DNA of 63,172 nucleotides, filler included, from Nemertoderma westbladi (GCA_032718475.1; 5 parts of 5 records of this genome joined end to end with filler, not necessarily neighbours in it), one strand, 5' to 3'. Counted from the first letter of the whole stretch, positions 50,813 to 63,172 are shown. Program-made: numbers and translations. The notes: generated by a model from the letters alone, not told the origin.

Positions 50813-51469
50813 ATGGATGTCGAGTTGGCGAAAATGCTATTGCTTGCGGTTTCTATAGTTACAGATAATTTCGACAATGTGTTAGCTGTTGCTTGCAATA
50901 ACAAACACACAATGGTTACTTACAAGTCAGCCCGCCCCGATGTGTTCCCGGATTCGGATTGGTACGACGAACACCCAGGTGAAATTGAAACGGGTTGTTC
51001 CGCCTGCAGGCTGCTATTCCTGCAATTACCAGGAATAATGCATATTAACAGCGTGTCCACCAAAGCTTTGTTGTACAGCAGGAGAGAAAGATGCTGGAGT
51101 GAGTGCGTGCCTATTGTCAATGAAGACGTTTGCAAGAAGGAATATAGCGATGACTTTCGCATAGATGGAGAATCTTTCTCTGCTGACCTGTCACATCCAA
51201 GTTGCCAGTCTGTGTGTTGCAACGGAACAGAAGTCTGCAGCAAAGTAGGAGACTTGGTGTGGGAACACGACTACCTGTTTCCCAATGGAACTGTGGATTG
51301 GAGCGATCCCTTGTTTGATCCGGTTGCCACAACAACAGTTTCGGTTACCACTGAGACAGAGGCACCAACAACAACGGCTGAGGCAACGACGTCTAGTTTG
51401 GCGGATCACCCCATTGGGGCGGTTGTTTCAGTTCTGATGGTAGCAACCATTCAAATTAACTTCATATAA
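50813..51469 (+). CDS. Ly6/uPAR (three-finger)-like GPI-anchored protein, 218 aa
   Basis: Leader MDVELAKMLLLAVSIV, 10 Cys ending in CCNGTEVCS (cf. CCxxxxCN), a Thr-rich stalk, and SS omega-like site followed by a hydrophobic C-terminal tail. Confidence 0.65.
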   Translation: MDVELAKMLLLAVSIVTDNFDNVLAVACNNKHTMVTYKSARPDVFPDSDWYDEHPGEIETGCSACRLLFLQLPGIMHINSVSTKALLYSRRERCWSECVPIVNEDVCKKEYSDDFRIDGESFSADLSHPSCQSVCCNGTEVCSKVGDLVWEHDYLFPNGTVDWSDPLFDPVATTTVSVTTETEAPTTTAEATTSSLADHPIGAVVSVLMVATIQINFI

Positions 51470-52154
51470 ATTTCCCTTAATTTGTGGTGTTTGGGTCGCC
51501 TTTTAAAGTGTATATTTTACAAACTATAACGAGTTCACACAGCATTATTGTTATTCTCTGATCAACGACCTTGGCTGAGAACTAATTTTTATACAATATT
51601 CTACATTTAGATCACCTTTGTGTCTGTGACACAGTCAGGGCTCGAATCTGCCTTCCACATTCTTCTTAAAAGGTCCCAATATGAACTCACGCTTCGCCAC
51701 TTTACTTGTGCTGTTTCAGAAGAAGATTAATCAAATAATGTTAAAATAAAAATTTCACCCATAAAAATTACATCCGAAGTATATGGAATTGCAATGTCTT
51801 CTTTTAGTTTATTGTTTTGGTTACAAGGCCGCCACAACTGTCACCTATGTCGTAAAATTTGGTTTGTTGTTTTGAAACGGGACCTTCTCGATTTATTTTA
51901 CCGGTGATAGTATTTTTTCGATTCTCAAAAAATAAAAAAACACTCTGGTGGATCTCCACACAAAGAGACATTCGAACAGTTATATATAATATATTTTACC
52001 CGTCTAAACTTTAATTAACCTAACCGATCATTTTATAGTTTTTTTGCACTAGAAAAACAATAATCTTTTACCCGGGAGCATAACACAGTAACAGTTTATC
52101 AGTTCAAGGAACGGTTTATAAGTTTGTAATTCTGACTGGGAACCCTGTCTTTAA

Positions 52155-53734
52155 CCCTATTAGTACCGGGCTATTAAATTTTGTACAAATACCGGGGGGG
52201 GGGGGGGGGTCATATTGACCCCCCTCTACAATCTACAAATTTTTACGAAAACGTCTGTACGTACGTACGTACGTACGTACGTACGTTTGTTTGTACGTAG
52301 GTATCACTAGTCTGGATCCGACTGAGAAAAAAAATTTCGAAAAAATGTACTGTGGTGGTTATATTGCAGCACCAAAATTACAAGTAAGTGCACAATATTC
52401 CCAAAATTTGAAAGTTACATTTTTCGGCTAATTGTTTTTCAATACAGGTTTTCTGGGGCGCAAAATACATTGGAAAATATTTAAAAATGGTATGATTACT
52501 ATCAATGACTGTTTAGTCCTCTCTGCTTAGGGAAAAAATGAAAAAAACAAGTAACCAGCACTTTTCAGTTAGAACACAAAATTTTTAATTCACTTATACG
52601 ATGCTATAGATTCACATTTTCAGGTTTTCTAGGGCGCTGATTCTAATCGAATACATTTCTAATATGCCAGATCATTGCTACTTGTATTTTTCCGCGTAAT
52701 TTGGCAAATTTTGGCGCTAGCACCAAATTTCGTACCCATCGCGATGACCAGTGCTGTGTTTATTGATTCAATCGGATTCAGGACCCTCATAAACCCGTAT
52801 AACGCAAGAAACAAGATGATACTATCTACTGATCAATTTGCTTATTTACCAAAATTTGGTGCTGGCACAACAATTTTCACCCACCGGCGAAAAATACAAG
52901 TTTGAAAACTCGTATGATATTTTTACTGATTCCATTGAATTCAGAACTCTCACAAACCCGTATAACGCAAGAAACAAGGTGACACAATCAATTTATATAT
53001 TTGATATAGGTTTTCAAAATTTGGTGCTAGCTCCACATTTTGCTCCCACTTCCGAAAAATATAAGTTTGAGATGTCTAGTTCGATAATTATATATTCCAT
53101 TGAATGCAGAACAGCCATAAACCTCTAAAACGCAAGAAATAAATTGTCACAAGCAATTTTATCTATTGAATGGATTTTCAAAATTTCGTGCTAGCACCAA
53201 AATTTGCACACAGCACCGAAAAATACAAGTTTGATCCGATTGGTGCAACTCGTATATATATATGTCATCGAATCCAAAACACCAAAAAACCCCAATTGCG
53301 TAAGAAACAAGTTTCAAACCATCAATTTACAAAAGTGACATATTTCAAAATTTGGTGCTGGCACCAAAACTTGGCACCCGCCGAAAAAAACAAGTTTGAA
53401 ATTTCTAAATGAATTTATATGAATTCCATCCAATTGCTAACACCAAAAAACCGGCGTAAATCAAAAATAGAGATATTACAATTCATATTTAATGAGATGT
53501 AATTATCAAAAAACGTCTCAAAAAAAGTGCCAAAAGTAAGGTTAAAAAATAGTGCTATAACTCGAAAACTACCCAATTTGATACCCGTTTGAAAACGGTT
53601 TTCACTACTAGGAAGACAATAGATTTTTAGGAAAAGTCATAAAATTTCAGATTCCCAACTGCGTTTGTTTCAGAATTATAATAAAAAAACCACGAGGGGG
53701 TCATATTGACCCCCCCGCCCCGGGTTTAATATGG
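52155..53734. mobile_element. Non-autonomous piggyBac-like element
   Basis: TTAA|CCCTATTAGTACCGGG ... CCCGGGTTTAATATGG|TTAA. Subterminal palindrome GGGGGTCATATTGACCCCC at both ends, a (TACG)n tract, and internal ~170-bp repeats. Confidence 0.8.
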
Positions 53735-54111
53735 TTAAGTCTGATGACGCATTAACCTTGCTTAAGCTGTTTTTAAAGATATATTTTATATATTAATACT
53801 GTAGCACCAATAATTAATCAATCCGCTGCACCCTGGGATGACATCTCGTATTCTTACTTTTATTAGGGAAACAGAGATAACTATTTGTATAAATTTAGGA
53901 AACACCGTTTTTAGTTGAGTAATCATTACTGCACGTACCAAGAAACCTTGTCCAACGGGAAATAATAAAATCGAAATCTGAATATTTGTACAACAAAATA
54001 AGTGAGAATAAAGATAATAGTCTATAATGGAAATATTGTTCAGCAAGGTAACGTGGGCTGGTTCATGATCCTACTAGTACATTATATATGTACGGTATAC
54101 AATATGTACTA

Positions 54112-54735
54112 TGTGGGGCGAGCCACGAAGTTGGCGGAGCCTTAGCGAATTGACACTGTTAGGGGGTGGGTCAATTTATGCAAATAGTTGTCGTCGTCGT
54201 CGTTGTCGTCGTCGTCGTCGTCGTCGTTGTCGTCGTCGTCGTTACGATTTTGACACGCTAATAACTTTGTCGGATTTAAAGCTGCCAAGTTGAAAATTTG
54301 TAGGTATCAATATGAGCAAAAGTTGAGATTTTTGAGAGACTTTCAGACACCATCAGTGCAATGGTCTCCCGCTAGAGGGCCACATGTCTAAACATTAAAT
54401 GCCCTCCCATTTCTTTGCTTTTAATCCGTTTAAGCTGAAACTTGGCAGATATGTATTAGACCATTAGCTGTGACTTTCAAAGGAGGCGAATCCATCTGCA
54501 GTTCTCCAGTCTGCCGCTAGAGGGCCAAATGTCTGAAAGTGAAATCGTTGTCGTCGTTATGATATTGACATGCTTATAACTTTGTCGAAATTAAAGCTGC
54601 CAAGTTGAAAATTTGTTTTGTTGAAAATCAGTTCAACAGTCACCCGCTATAGGACTACTTTATGCCTGAAAGTGAATAGATTCTCCCGTCTCATTGATTT
54701 TAATCAGTTTAAGCTGAATCTTGCCATATATTCTG
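54112..54735 (+). mobile_element. Helentron/HINE-like repeat, 5' part, cut by the contig end
   Basis: TGTGGGGCGAGCCACGAAGT start and (GTC)n microsatellite; near-identical to 55345 onward but with a different left flank. Confidence 0.6.
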
Positions 54736-54835
54736 NNNNNNNNNNNNNNNNNNNNNNNNNNNNNNNNNNNNNNNNNNNNTTAATTAATTAANNNNNNNNN
54801 NNNNNNNNNNNNNNNNNNNNNNNNNNNNNNNNNNN
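54736..54835. other. Artificial contig linker
   Basis: 44 N + TTAATTAATTAA + 44 N. Confidence 0.97.
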
Positions 54836-54867
54836 GTTAAACTGCCAAAGGTCTGAAAGCGCGAACA
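54836..54867 (+). repeat. 32-bp end of the repeat also found at 4369-4400 (putative LTR 3' end)
   Basis: GTTAAACTGCCAAAGGTCTGAAAGCGCGAACA, exact match. Confidence 0.7.
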
Positions 54868-55344
54868 CCTTCTAAATTATTTCTAAACCATATTTCCCTG
54901 TTATGTTGAATCGATTACAACAGAAGGTTGGATTAATTCATACTGATGGTCATTCCGTAAATTCAATCTCGTTCTTCTGTTACATTTGGAGTTAACAAAT
55001 ATAATTGCCTTATTTTATACAGTACCGGTATCAGTATCGGTATAATTATGTCTGCAGTACTATGGTATTCCTTTCCGTGTCCGTGCGACCATGTCGTTAC
55101 CTAATCAGGACCATAATTATTATAATTAAATGACACATGCGACTTGGGAGTACGCCTTCTAATTAATTCCATTCAGTCTTGGTAGATCACATTTCTATAA
55201 TCAACATGTACCCGGTACTAGAGTTAATGAAAAGGAAATAGATCCCCAGTTGTTACGTATCGGATTCATTTATAATAAAATTCTTCGACGAATTTCTTGG
55301 AAGTTTAAATCAATTTCCTCGGCTGATGTAGCTCAGTAGCTAAT

Positions 55345-55474
55345 TGTGGGGCGAGCCACGAAGTTGGCGGAGCCTTAGCGAATTGACACTGTTAGGGGGT
55401 GGGTCAATTTATGCAAATAGTTGTCGTCGTCGTCGTTGTCGTCGTCGTCGTCGTCGTTGTCGTCGTCGTCGTCG

Positions 55475-55506
<32 letters not shown>

Positions 55507-56686
55507 GTCGTTACGATTTTGACATGCTAATAACTTTGTCGGATTTAAAGCTGCCAAGTTGAAAATTTGTAGGTATCAATATGAGCAAAAGTTGAGATTT
55601 TTGAGAGACTTTCAGACACCATCAGTGCAATGGTCTCCCGCTAGAGGGCCACATGTCTAAACATTAAATGCCCTCCCATTTCTTTGCTTTTAATCCGTTT
55701 AAGCTGAAACTTGGCAGATATGTATTAGACCATTAGCTGTGACTTTCAAAGGAGGCGAATCCATCTGCAGTTCTCCAGTCTGCCGCTAGAGGGCCAAAGG
55801 TCTGAAAGTGAAATCGTTGTCGTCGTTACGATTTTGACATGCTAATAACTTTGTCGGATTTAAAGCTGCCAAGTTGAAAATTTGTAGGTATCAATATGAG
55901 CAAAAGTTGAGATTTTTGAGAGACTTTCAGACACCATCAGTGCAATGGTCTCCCGCTAGAGGGCCACATGTCTAAACATTAAATGCCCTCCCATTTCTTT
56001 GCTTTTAATCCGTTTAAGCTGAAACTTGGCAGATATGTATTAGACCATTAGCTGTGACTTTCAAAGGAGGCGAATCCATCTGCAGTTCTCCAGTCTGCCG
56101 CTAGAGGGCCAAATGTCTGAAAGTGAAATCGTTGTCGTCGTTATGATATTGACATGCTTATAACTTTGTCGAATTTAAAGCTGCCAAGTTGAAAATTTGT
56201 TTTGTTGAAAATCAGTTCAACAGTCACCCGCTATAGAACTACTTTATGCCTGAAAGTGAATAGATTCTCCCGTCTCATTGATTTTAATCAGTTTAAGCTG
56301 AATCTTGCCATATATTCTGGACCACATGCTGCGTCTTTGTGGGGGGGGGGGGGGGGGGGGGGGAGATTTAATCGGTATGCCGCTATACGACGAAATTTCT
56401 GAAAGTGAGATCCGTCTCTCATTTCGTTATCCGTTATTCAAGATGAAACTTGGCCGATGTACGTATGTACTATTCATCCATAGGCTGTGTCTTTGTGGGG
56501 CTGGAGACCCTAATCCATCTTCAGTTCTCACTATACCGCTAGAGTCAGAAATGTCTGAATAGAAATGAAAGAGGTAAAAAGTGATTAGGCGAAATCTGCT
56601 TAAAATTTGCTAATACAGTAATACTTTCGAATTAGTACTTAAATTAAATTTAAGTCACGTGCTGCGCGAAGGCCCCACTTCGTGTT
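55345..56686 (+). mobile_element. Helentron/HINE-like non-autonomous element, apparently complete
   Basis: Short inverted motifs near the ends (GTGGGGC/GCCCCAC, CACGAAGT/ACTTCGTG), a (GTC)n microsatellite, and an internal ~314-bp tandem duplication. Confidence 0.6.
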
Positions 56687-56901
56687 CTGTTCTGTTCTGT
56701 ATATATTTTCGGCGCGGTCGGGGTGGGATGTGAGTGACCTTCACTGAACTATTTCCTCGCAATGTTGCTAAACCTAAACTACTTTAGTGTTTTGATTTTT
56801 CCTCTATCTTTATTGATACGTATTAACTCTGTTCGTGAAACAAACCACTTGAAACATAACACTGTCAAGTGTAGATCCTATGTGAACAATGTCGTTAAAA
56901 A

Positions 56902-56919
56902 ATGGCAAAATTACAACAG
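56902..56919 (+). CDS. Grb7/10/14: Grb7/10/14-family adaptor, probable first coding exon (MAKLQQ)
   Basis: AAAATG context, phase-0 donor CAG|GTATAT, in frame with the next exon. Confidence 0.5.
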
Positions 56920-57038
56920 GTATATGATACACTGATACACAATATGTATACGATAAAATATGATCGTTTTTTTAGAATTATCATTACAATCCCTTATAAG
57001 ATTAATATTCTATTATGGCAAACTTCCCCCTTCTGTAG

Positions 57039-57269
57039 GTGTACAACGACGACGGAACTTTCCGAGATTGCGAAATTACAAACGAATCCACCGTCCGACA
57101 ACTCTGCCACCAACTAATAGCTAAGAATTGTGTGATGCCTGATCGCAACTGGTGCGTTGTGGAATACCTACATAAATACAAACTCCAACGGAACTTAGAA
57201 GACCACGAAAACATTTGGGCCGTATATAAAGCTTGGCCTACTCATCCCGGTAACAAATTTATATTTCAG
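57039..57269 (+). CDS. Grb7/10/14: Grb7/10/14-family exon, RA domain
   Basis: CTGTAG acceptor; VYNDDGT...TVRQLCHQL..KN...WCVVE...LQRNLEDHE; donor GTATAT. Confidence 0.9.
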
Positions 57270-58319
57270 GTATATCTTATGTTTTCATTGTTTCTGTCCA
57301 CGGTACAATAGAAGTAGAGTGATTGTAATTATTTATATGAAATAGTTTTGTATAAATAAATCTGCTATTTCACGCATTTATCGCCGTAACTGTCTATCAT
57401 TAAGAATGCAATGGGTTGATTTGAAACACAGACCACTTACGTTGAGTGAAGGGTGTTGCCGGGTTTAATTTTAAATGATACATTTCTCTATGGATTTCTC
57501 TGAAGATGTTTTAGATTCAAATAATAAAATACAGCACATACAGTAAGCGAAGAATACCGGAAGTCTGCTGTCATATTTCACTTTGCAGTTTACCCCCATG
57601 TTAAGAATACCAGGTTTTCACTAAACACCCAGGTTACAGAAGGGCTGAATCTAACCAAAAACAATAAACGAATTATTATCTGTACAGGTTATAGGATAGT
57701 AAATGCACTATAAAACATTTAATAAAGATAAATAATAAAAATCACATTTTTCATAATTCCAATAAAATTCGACCAAAAAGTGAAAAACTGGTATTCATCA
57801 TTTGATGGGTGGATTTAGTATATTGTACTGTATAACTTTACTTGCGGGTCCTATACTCCCGCCCATGTGTAATGGGTTTAGTCGTATAGTAGTCCTACAC
57901 AGTAGATAATGTGTGGCCTATTTGATTCAACAGTATTATTTTAAAAACTTATTTTCGTGAAAAAAAATCTCAACACAAGTCCGATAAAGAACCAAGGGTT
58001 TTGCAACTTTAATCAGTTTAAAGGTTGCCAATTTACATCACAGAACACCTGGTTAGATTCTGTGGAAAGTGAATGGATTGCAGATTGAAAGTCGTATTCC
58101 CTGGAGCCAAAGTGAAAGTATCAAGTGTGTTTGACAGCGTGGTGAATTCAGTCCATTAGTAGTGAGCCATTATGTGGTGTCTTATGTGGTACAAAGCGAA
58201 AGCATATAAAGTAGGTAGGGCTATCAATGAATAAATACTGAAGTGATTAAGTAAGAGTTACTTAGGCCTACCGAACTTATAAACCTAATTATGATTTAAT
58301 ACAAATAATACAATTACAG

Positions 58320-58472
58320 AAGAATTATCAGAAATATGAATTCTTTGAAGACCCAGCTCAATTCTTCCCGATTCAACTTCTCGATTCGCAATCGGGTTCG
58401 GATGGCATGATTAATAAACGTCGTATACTACACGATATGTTTAACGAAGAGAACTGGCTGCCCGAGCTACAG
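58320..58472 (+). CDS. Grb7/10/14: Grb7/10/14-family exon, RA-PH linker (not in the ORF track)
   Basis: TTACAG acceptor; KNYQKYEFFEDPAQFFP...LPELQ; 153 nt, phase 0 at both ends. Confidence 0.9.
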
Positions 58473-60162
58473 GTATATCTATATAAAATCAATATGTTTA
58501 AACCATTGGGACATACATATAGTGTCCCAAATCAGGTCCTCAGTACTAATTTCAGACGACTCATTTCCATATAAAATAGAAAACATTAGTTTATTATTTT
58601 GGTTACAGTTTGTAGTTCAGGGCTCAACGCTAAACAAATGTGTCATGTAACCATGTCATGCAATTCTCTCCCTTAGTGATGGCTCGCAGTTTTGACTCGC
58701 CCCACATGAAAAGTGGTTTGCCATGCTTTTTTGACTTTCAACATAGCATTGTTCTTTTACATTAATTCGTTTGACATGCAGTATAGTAGTGGGATGCTGA
58801 CTGAATAAATGGTCAACCAAAAACACCACATTATTTAAAAAATTTTATACTAATTGGAATTCGTCTAGGGTTTTATCAATTTATTCACAACTTAACAATA
58901 AACTACATGTAACTGTTTGAATGACAGATGCCCAAAACTGTAATACGGTACTTTTATTTAAAAGTCCCCCCTTGAGCCATAAAGGTGGTATGCTTACAAC
59001 ATACGGGGACCATGAATGCTCCTCATGATATTCAGTATGTAGCCAAAAATTACATCCTAATTTATTTAAATTAAAAGCAACGAAATCGTTTAGGAAGTTG
59101 TCACTGATGATTTATTCCATAACGATAATGGGGAAAGCGATCTAATTATTATGATTTCTCTTTGCTTTTCTCGACTTAATAGTTTATTTATCAATAATGT
59201 CTCATTTTGCAATTTGAATGTGCAAGTAGTGTTGGATTGCGTATATAACAGTTCTGAAAGTAGATGAACAGCTCTTTCAACAACACCAATTACCCTATAC
59301 TATGCATATGATACCCTATACTATGCATACAGATGCCATTTCCGTAAATTTCCTGAATTACAGCTACGCTACATAATAGGCGAGTTGTAGCGCATCCCAC
59401 CCCCTGTCATTAAAGAGATATTCACTAATGAGTGATTGAGTCAATCCATAAGGGCAGGCATGGCATGTATTATGAAAAACTTAGAACATCACTAGGATAA
59501 AATCTATTCATTATAATTTGATGCGTTGAGGGTTGCTTTATCCATCCAACCAACCAAGTTTACAAAAGATTTATTATCATGATACGACTTGTGTAACGAG
59601 ATAGGGTAATTATTCGTACGAGGGACGACATAGCCAAAATTGGGGAAGCAGGAATAAGTTTAGTAGGTTTATTCCAAAGCTTATGGAGATTGAATATAAC
59701 CAAGCAGATTAACCGTATCTTTGTTCGTTCTGGTTATATGTGCCCTCTAATCATTACACTAGCGGTTCTGTAAAAGGTAGATCTGGAAATTTTCTAATAC
59801 CTTGTATGTCCGAGATTTACGACCTTATTGGCCTCCCGCCTGTCGAATCATCCCTTTGCAGCCACCGTGCTAAATCCATGTACCAATAAGCAATAATAAT
59901 AATTATTGTTTTTCAGACAGAACATATTTGCAACCAATAATGTTGACTTATTGGCATTTTATAAGTCTCGAATCTCTTGACATTGATCGATCCTCGGATT
60001 CTATTAAATTAATCGCCATGTAATTAATATCCTTGGTTTTAACAATTAATCACATCATCGTACCTTATCTTGTTAGTTCACACCACACATGTACAATACT
60101 TAGTTATCAACGTGAACAGTACTCGCCACAGAATACTGATTAGTTTCCTTCTAATTTCCCAG

Positions 60163-61023
60163 GGATGGATCCATCACCGAGAAGCCAAACGCAACTGGAA
60201 GTCCCATTACTGCATGCTTCGCCGCAGCGGAATGTATTACTATTACCCGAAGGAGAAGAGGGAACCAAAAAACCTTAAAATTTGCCTGAATTACACGGAA
60301 GGTGTCGTTTACTCGGTGAAACCCAAGGATTCCAAGAAATTGTACGCGGCCCCGACTCAATTCGCATTCGTGGTCCGACCTCTACGACCAGACTTTGAAA
60401 ATAGCGACTTAGTCTGTTTCGCAACCGATTCCGATAAAGAACGATTGTGTTGGATCGCAGCAATCCGATTGGCTATCTATGGAGAGCAGATCAAGGAGAA
60501 TTACCTGATGTCGAAACATCGCCGCGCTTCGACATCAATCAGCTCGCCCATGAATTCACCCGGCAAGGTGGCGATGGACTTCACGGGTGACTCGGGGGGG
60601 CGGGTCGTCGCATGTCCGCACGAAGCGAGCGCGATCGCTTCGGCGGAGGGAATCGGTTGGAAGCGCGGCGCCCCACCGGGTCGCGTTTCCGAATCGAGAT
60701 CGGCGCGCGAACCGCATCTAACCCGGTTGTGGTTCCATCGAGGTGCCACTCGAGACGGCGCCTCGGACCTGTTGAATAAACACGGCGCGGTGGACGGGGG
60801 TTTCCTTATCCGACATAGCAGTAGCAGTCCCGGTGGCTATGTGCTGACGCTCGCCTACGATCAGAAGATACGTCACGTACAAATCAATAAAGTAGAGCAG
60901 GATCACGTGTTCTCCTATACTCTCGACAATGGCATCACAAAATTCTCTGATTTGGAGCAATTAGTTGACTTTTATTCCCTGAATAAAGGTTCCCTACCTT
61001 GTAAACTAGCTCATGCAAGTTAA
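60163..61023 (+). CDS. Grb7/10/14: Grb7/10/14-family last exon, PH + BPS + SH2
   Basis: TTCCCAG acceptor; LRRSGMYY, CWIAAIRLAIYG (PH); VAMDFTG...GRVV (BPS); WFHRG...DGGFLIRHS...FYSLNKGSLPCKL (SH2). Confidence 0.93.
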   Translation, partial: GWIHHREAKRNWKSHYCMLRRSGMYYYYPKEKREPKNLKICLNYTEGVVYSVKPKDSKKLYAAPTQFAFVVRPLRPDFENSDLVCFATDSDKERLCWIAAIRLAIYGEQIKENYLMSKHRRASTSISSPMNSPGKVAMDFTGDSGGRVVACPHEASAIASAEGIGWKRGAPPGRVSESRSAREPHLTRLWFHRGATRDGASDLLNKHGAVDGGFLIRHSSSSPGGYVLTLAYDQKIRHVQINKVEQDHVFSYTLDNGITKFSDLEQLVDFYSLNKGSLPCKLAHAS

Positions 61024-61339
61024 TAGTGTAACTTTATTTTTTAAATATAATTATTACTAAATAAATTGTATTCTACTGTAACTCGAAGATCACTGTCATG
61101 TTATGAAATAATGTTGATTGTAAAGTACGAAAAATTTGAAAAAGAAATAGATACCGTGAAAGACGGTTTGTTCATTGGAAGATGCGTAAAGACCTTTTTA
61201 TTAACTTGTTTTAAATAATAAAAGGGTTGTGCAGGAAGCAATTTTAGAAAACATACGTCATTGATTCTTTAATATTGGGCGATGCAACTAACTGCTGGAA
61301 CATATACAATGAAGCAGAAACTACGAACTATCAGAGAAG

Positions 61340-61700
61340 CTATAACTGCTCAGGGCACAAATCTCTGGTCGTGTTCTCATTGACACTCGAACAAAGCCGT
61401 CTCATTTCTTATGACATTGATTTCGCCGTGAGGACCAGACTGTGCATAAGCTTGTGCTTTATATTATAATGTATTAATGCTCTCCGTGGCGAAAAATAAC
61501 AACCGACCCTATTGGGGCTCGAATGCCATCTTGTGCTTTGGCGACCACATGGAGTGGACAGCCATGACTTTCTTGAGACGCATCTTAAAGGACACTGGTA
61601 TTGAAGATGTGGAAGTCATGGGGGAAGGGGATAGTGAGTTGTGGCGGTACAATTTTTCTTTATAAGCCGGCATATATTGCAGCACGCCGATAGTATAGTC
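61340..61700 (+). mobile_element. Decayed 3' fragment of RTE family B
   Basis: MTFLRRILKDTG and the 3' UTR ATAAGCCGGCA...GCAGCA.GCCGAT match 33540-33700. Confidence 0.8.
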
Positions 61701-63172
61701 CGGCACCTAAACAAGCTAGATAATAGATCATAAACAAATGGAAAGATAGAGCGATAGCTGTATCGCCGTAGTTTCCTTAGCAACACGTCTGTTAGTTACT
61801 CTAAAATTTTGCTCCTTTCGTTTAAGATTAGAACCATTTCCAGCCCAACAGTCACAGTATTCTGGTTGCTAAGCTTCCATAGAAACGGAACATTATTTCA
61901 AATTGCTCCTAGGAGTCAAAGTACATAAACACATTTTTTATGTTAAAAGGGACCGGACCCATAGACACCGAAACATCTAAAAAATGTAAGCAGTCCAAAA
62001 TAATTCGAGGTCTGTGGTTGCCGGACTAGTAGTAGTGGTTCCAATAATGACTTCCGATGCATTCAAACACACTAATATACATATCTCGAGTATTTCAAAT
62101 GTTTCCTTCTATACATTTAGTTTAGTTCCAAAATTAATTAATTTTATTCTCACAAAGTCAAAGAGTTTTAATTTGTATATTGAATTGAATTTAATTCAAA
62201 GATAGTATCAAATCAATACTGAGACTTTGATTGGCTTGGTAGTTCAGAAATTGCCAATCAGCTCAGACAGATAGATTTATTTATAATAAACAAATACAAT
62301 AACAATACAAAATACCTTGTAGGTTTGTCCACCATAACATATGAATGAATATTGAATATATACTCATAAAACTTAACATATTCCCAAGGAGGACCTTGCT
62401 TAATGTCTTGTTTAGGATGACTCTCATCTATTCTGTTATATAGCGACAAAAACCAAACCCATCCGGTATAAATCAGGGCACCTTGTTGAATTTTTCGCTC
62501 ACGAACCCTTTCATTGTGCCGGAACAATGAACTCAGTTTCTCTGACAGCAGCCTTTTATAAAACTCCACTATAAGACAGTAAAACACTCCAGCTACTAAA
62601 CTCCCCCCACAGTAACAACCTTGAGCTAACACACTATCCCGCACTCGGAAACTGAGTGATGGTGTGCATGCAGATGGACTCTGTCAGAATAACTAATGGG
62701 ATTTTATACATTAATATATGCAAGAGGGCTTTGAAGAGACATATACAGGAGGTAATTGATGATAGAAAGAAACGCCTTCGGGGATGAGAGAAGTGATATC
62801 AATTTTATTTGACGTTCCAATAACAATAAGTCATTACTTATCTTGTTATCGGTAACACCAAACCAGCGTAAATATATGTTTGTGCCACTGAACAATTTAA
62901 TAATAATAACTATCCAATAAATAATGTTTATATACTAAATACTTTATTGAGCAATCGAAGCACAAATTAATAATATGAATTATAAAATATAATTAAGTAA
63001 TCTGTAATGATATAAATAGGCTAATTAAAATTTCACTGTGAAAAATTAATAATAACTCTCAAATGAGATAAACAGTGTGTACGCCTCCTAGCGGGAACGG
63101 AAAATTTGATAATATCGTAAACATGATTCCGTGAGAAGTCGCTAGGAGTCGGTAATTAATTGCTGTAACCAG

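Noticed and set aside
54111-55562. Protamine-like poly-Arg and poly-Asp ORFs
   Set aside because: They are translations of the (GTC)n microsatellite inside a repeat element and have non-ATG starts.
60070-60162. N-terminal 31 aa of the 317-aa track ORF
   Set aside because: This is intronic read-through. Homology and the acceptor place the exon start at 60163.
62258-62644. 128-aa minus-strand ORF
   Set aside because: It has a non-ATG start and no recognisable motif; at most a decayed TE remnant.

Overview
This is AT-rich eukaryotic (animal-like) genomic DNA made of five contigs joined by identical artificial 100-nt linkers (44 N + TTAATTAATTAA + 44 N). Most of it is transposable element sequence: RTE, RTEX-like, CR1/L2-like and CRE-like non-LTR retrotransposons (several with visible TSDs), a probable LTR element whose >=696-aa ORF runs off the left edge and is missing from the ORF track, integrase, Ulp1 and CMC relics, and several non-autonomous DNA elements. 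Host genes are a spliced Grb7/10/14-family adaptor (RA-PH-BPS-SH2), a Ly6/three-finger-like GPI-anchored protein, a small secreted peptide precursor and tRNA-Lys(CTT). The most unusual structure is a 2.9-kb palindromic unit at 15732-18625. Its ~700-bp inverted arms each carry upstream sequence plus the same ~120-codon N-terminus, and they lead into two convergent genes with different Cys/His-rich C-termini whose stop codons lie 4 nt apart. One of these belongs to an unrecognised multi-zinc-knuckle family with a second member at 27984-29110. All calls come from reading the sequence by eye; no database search was run.
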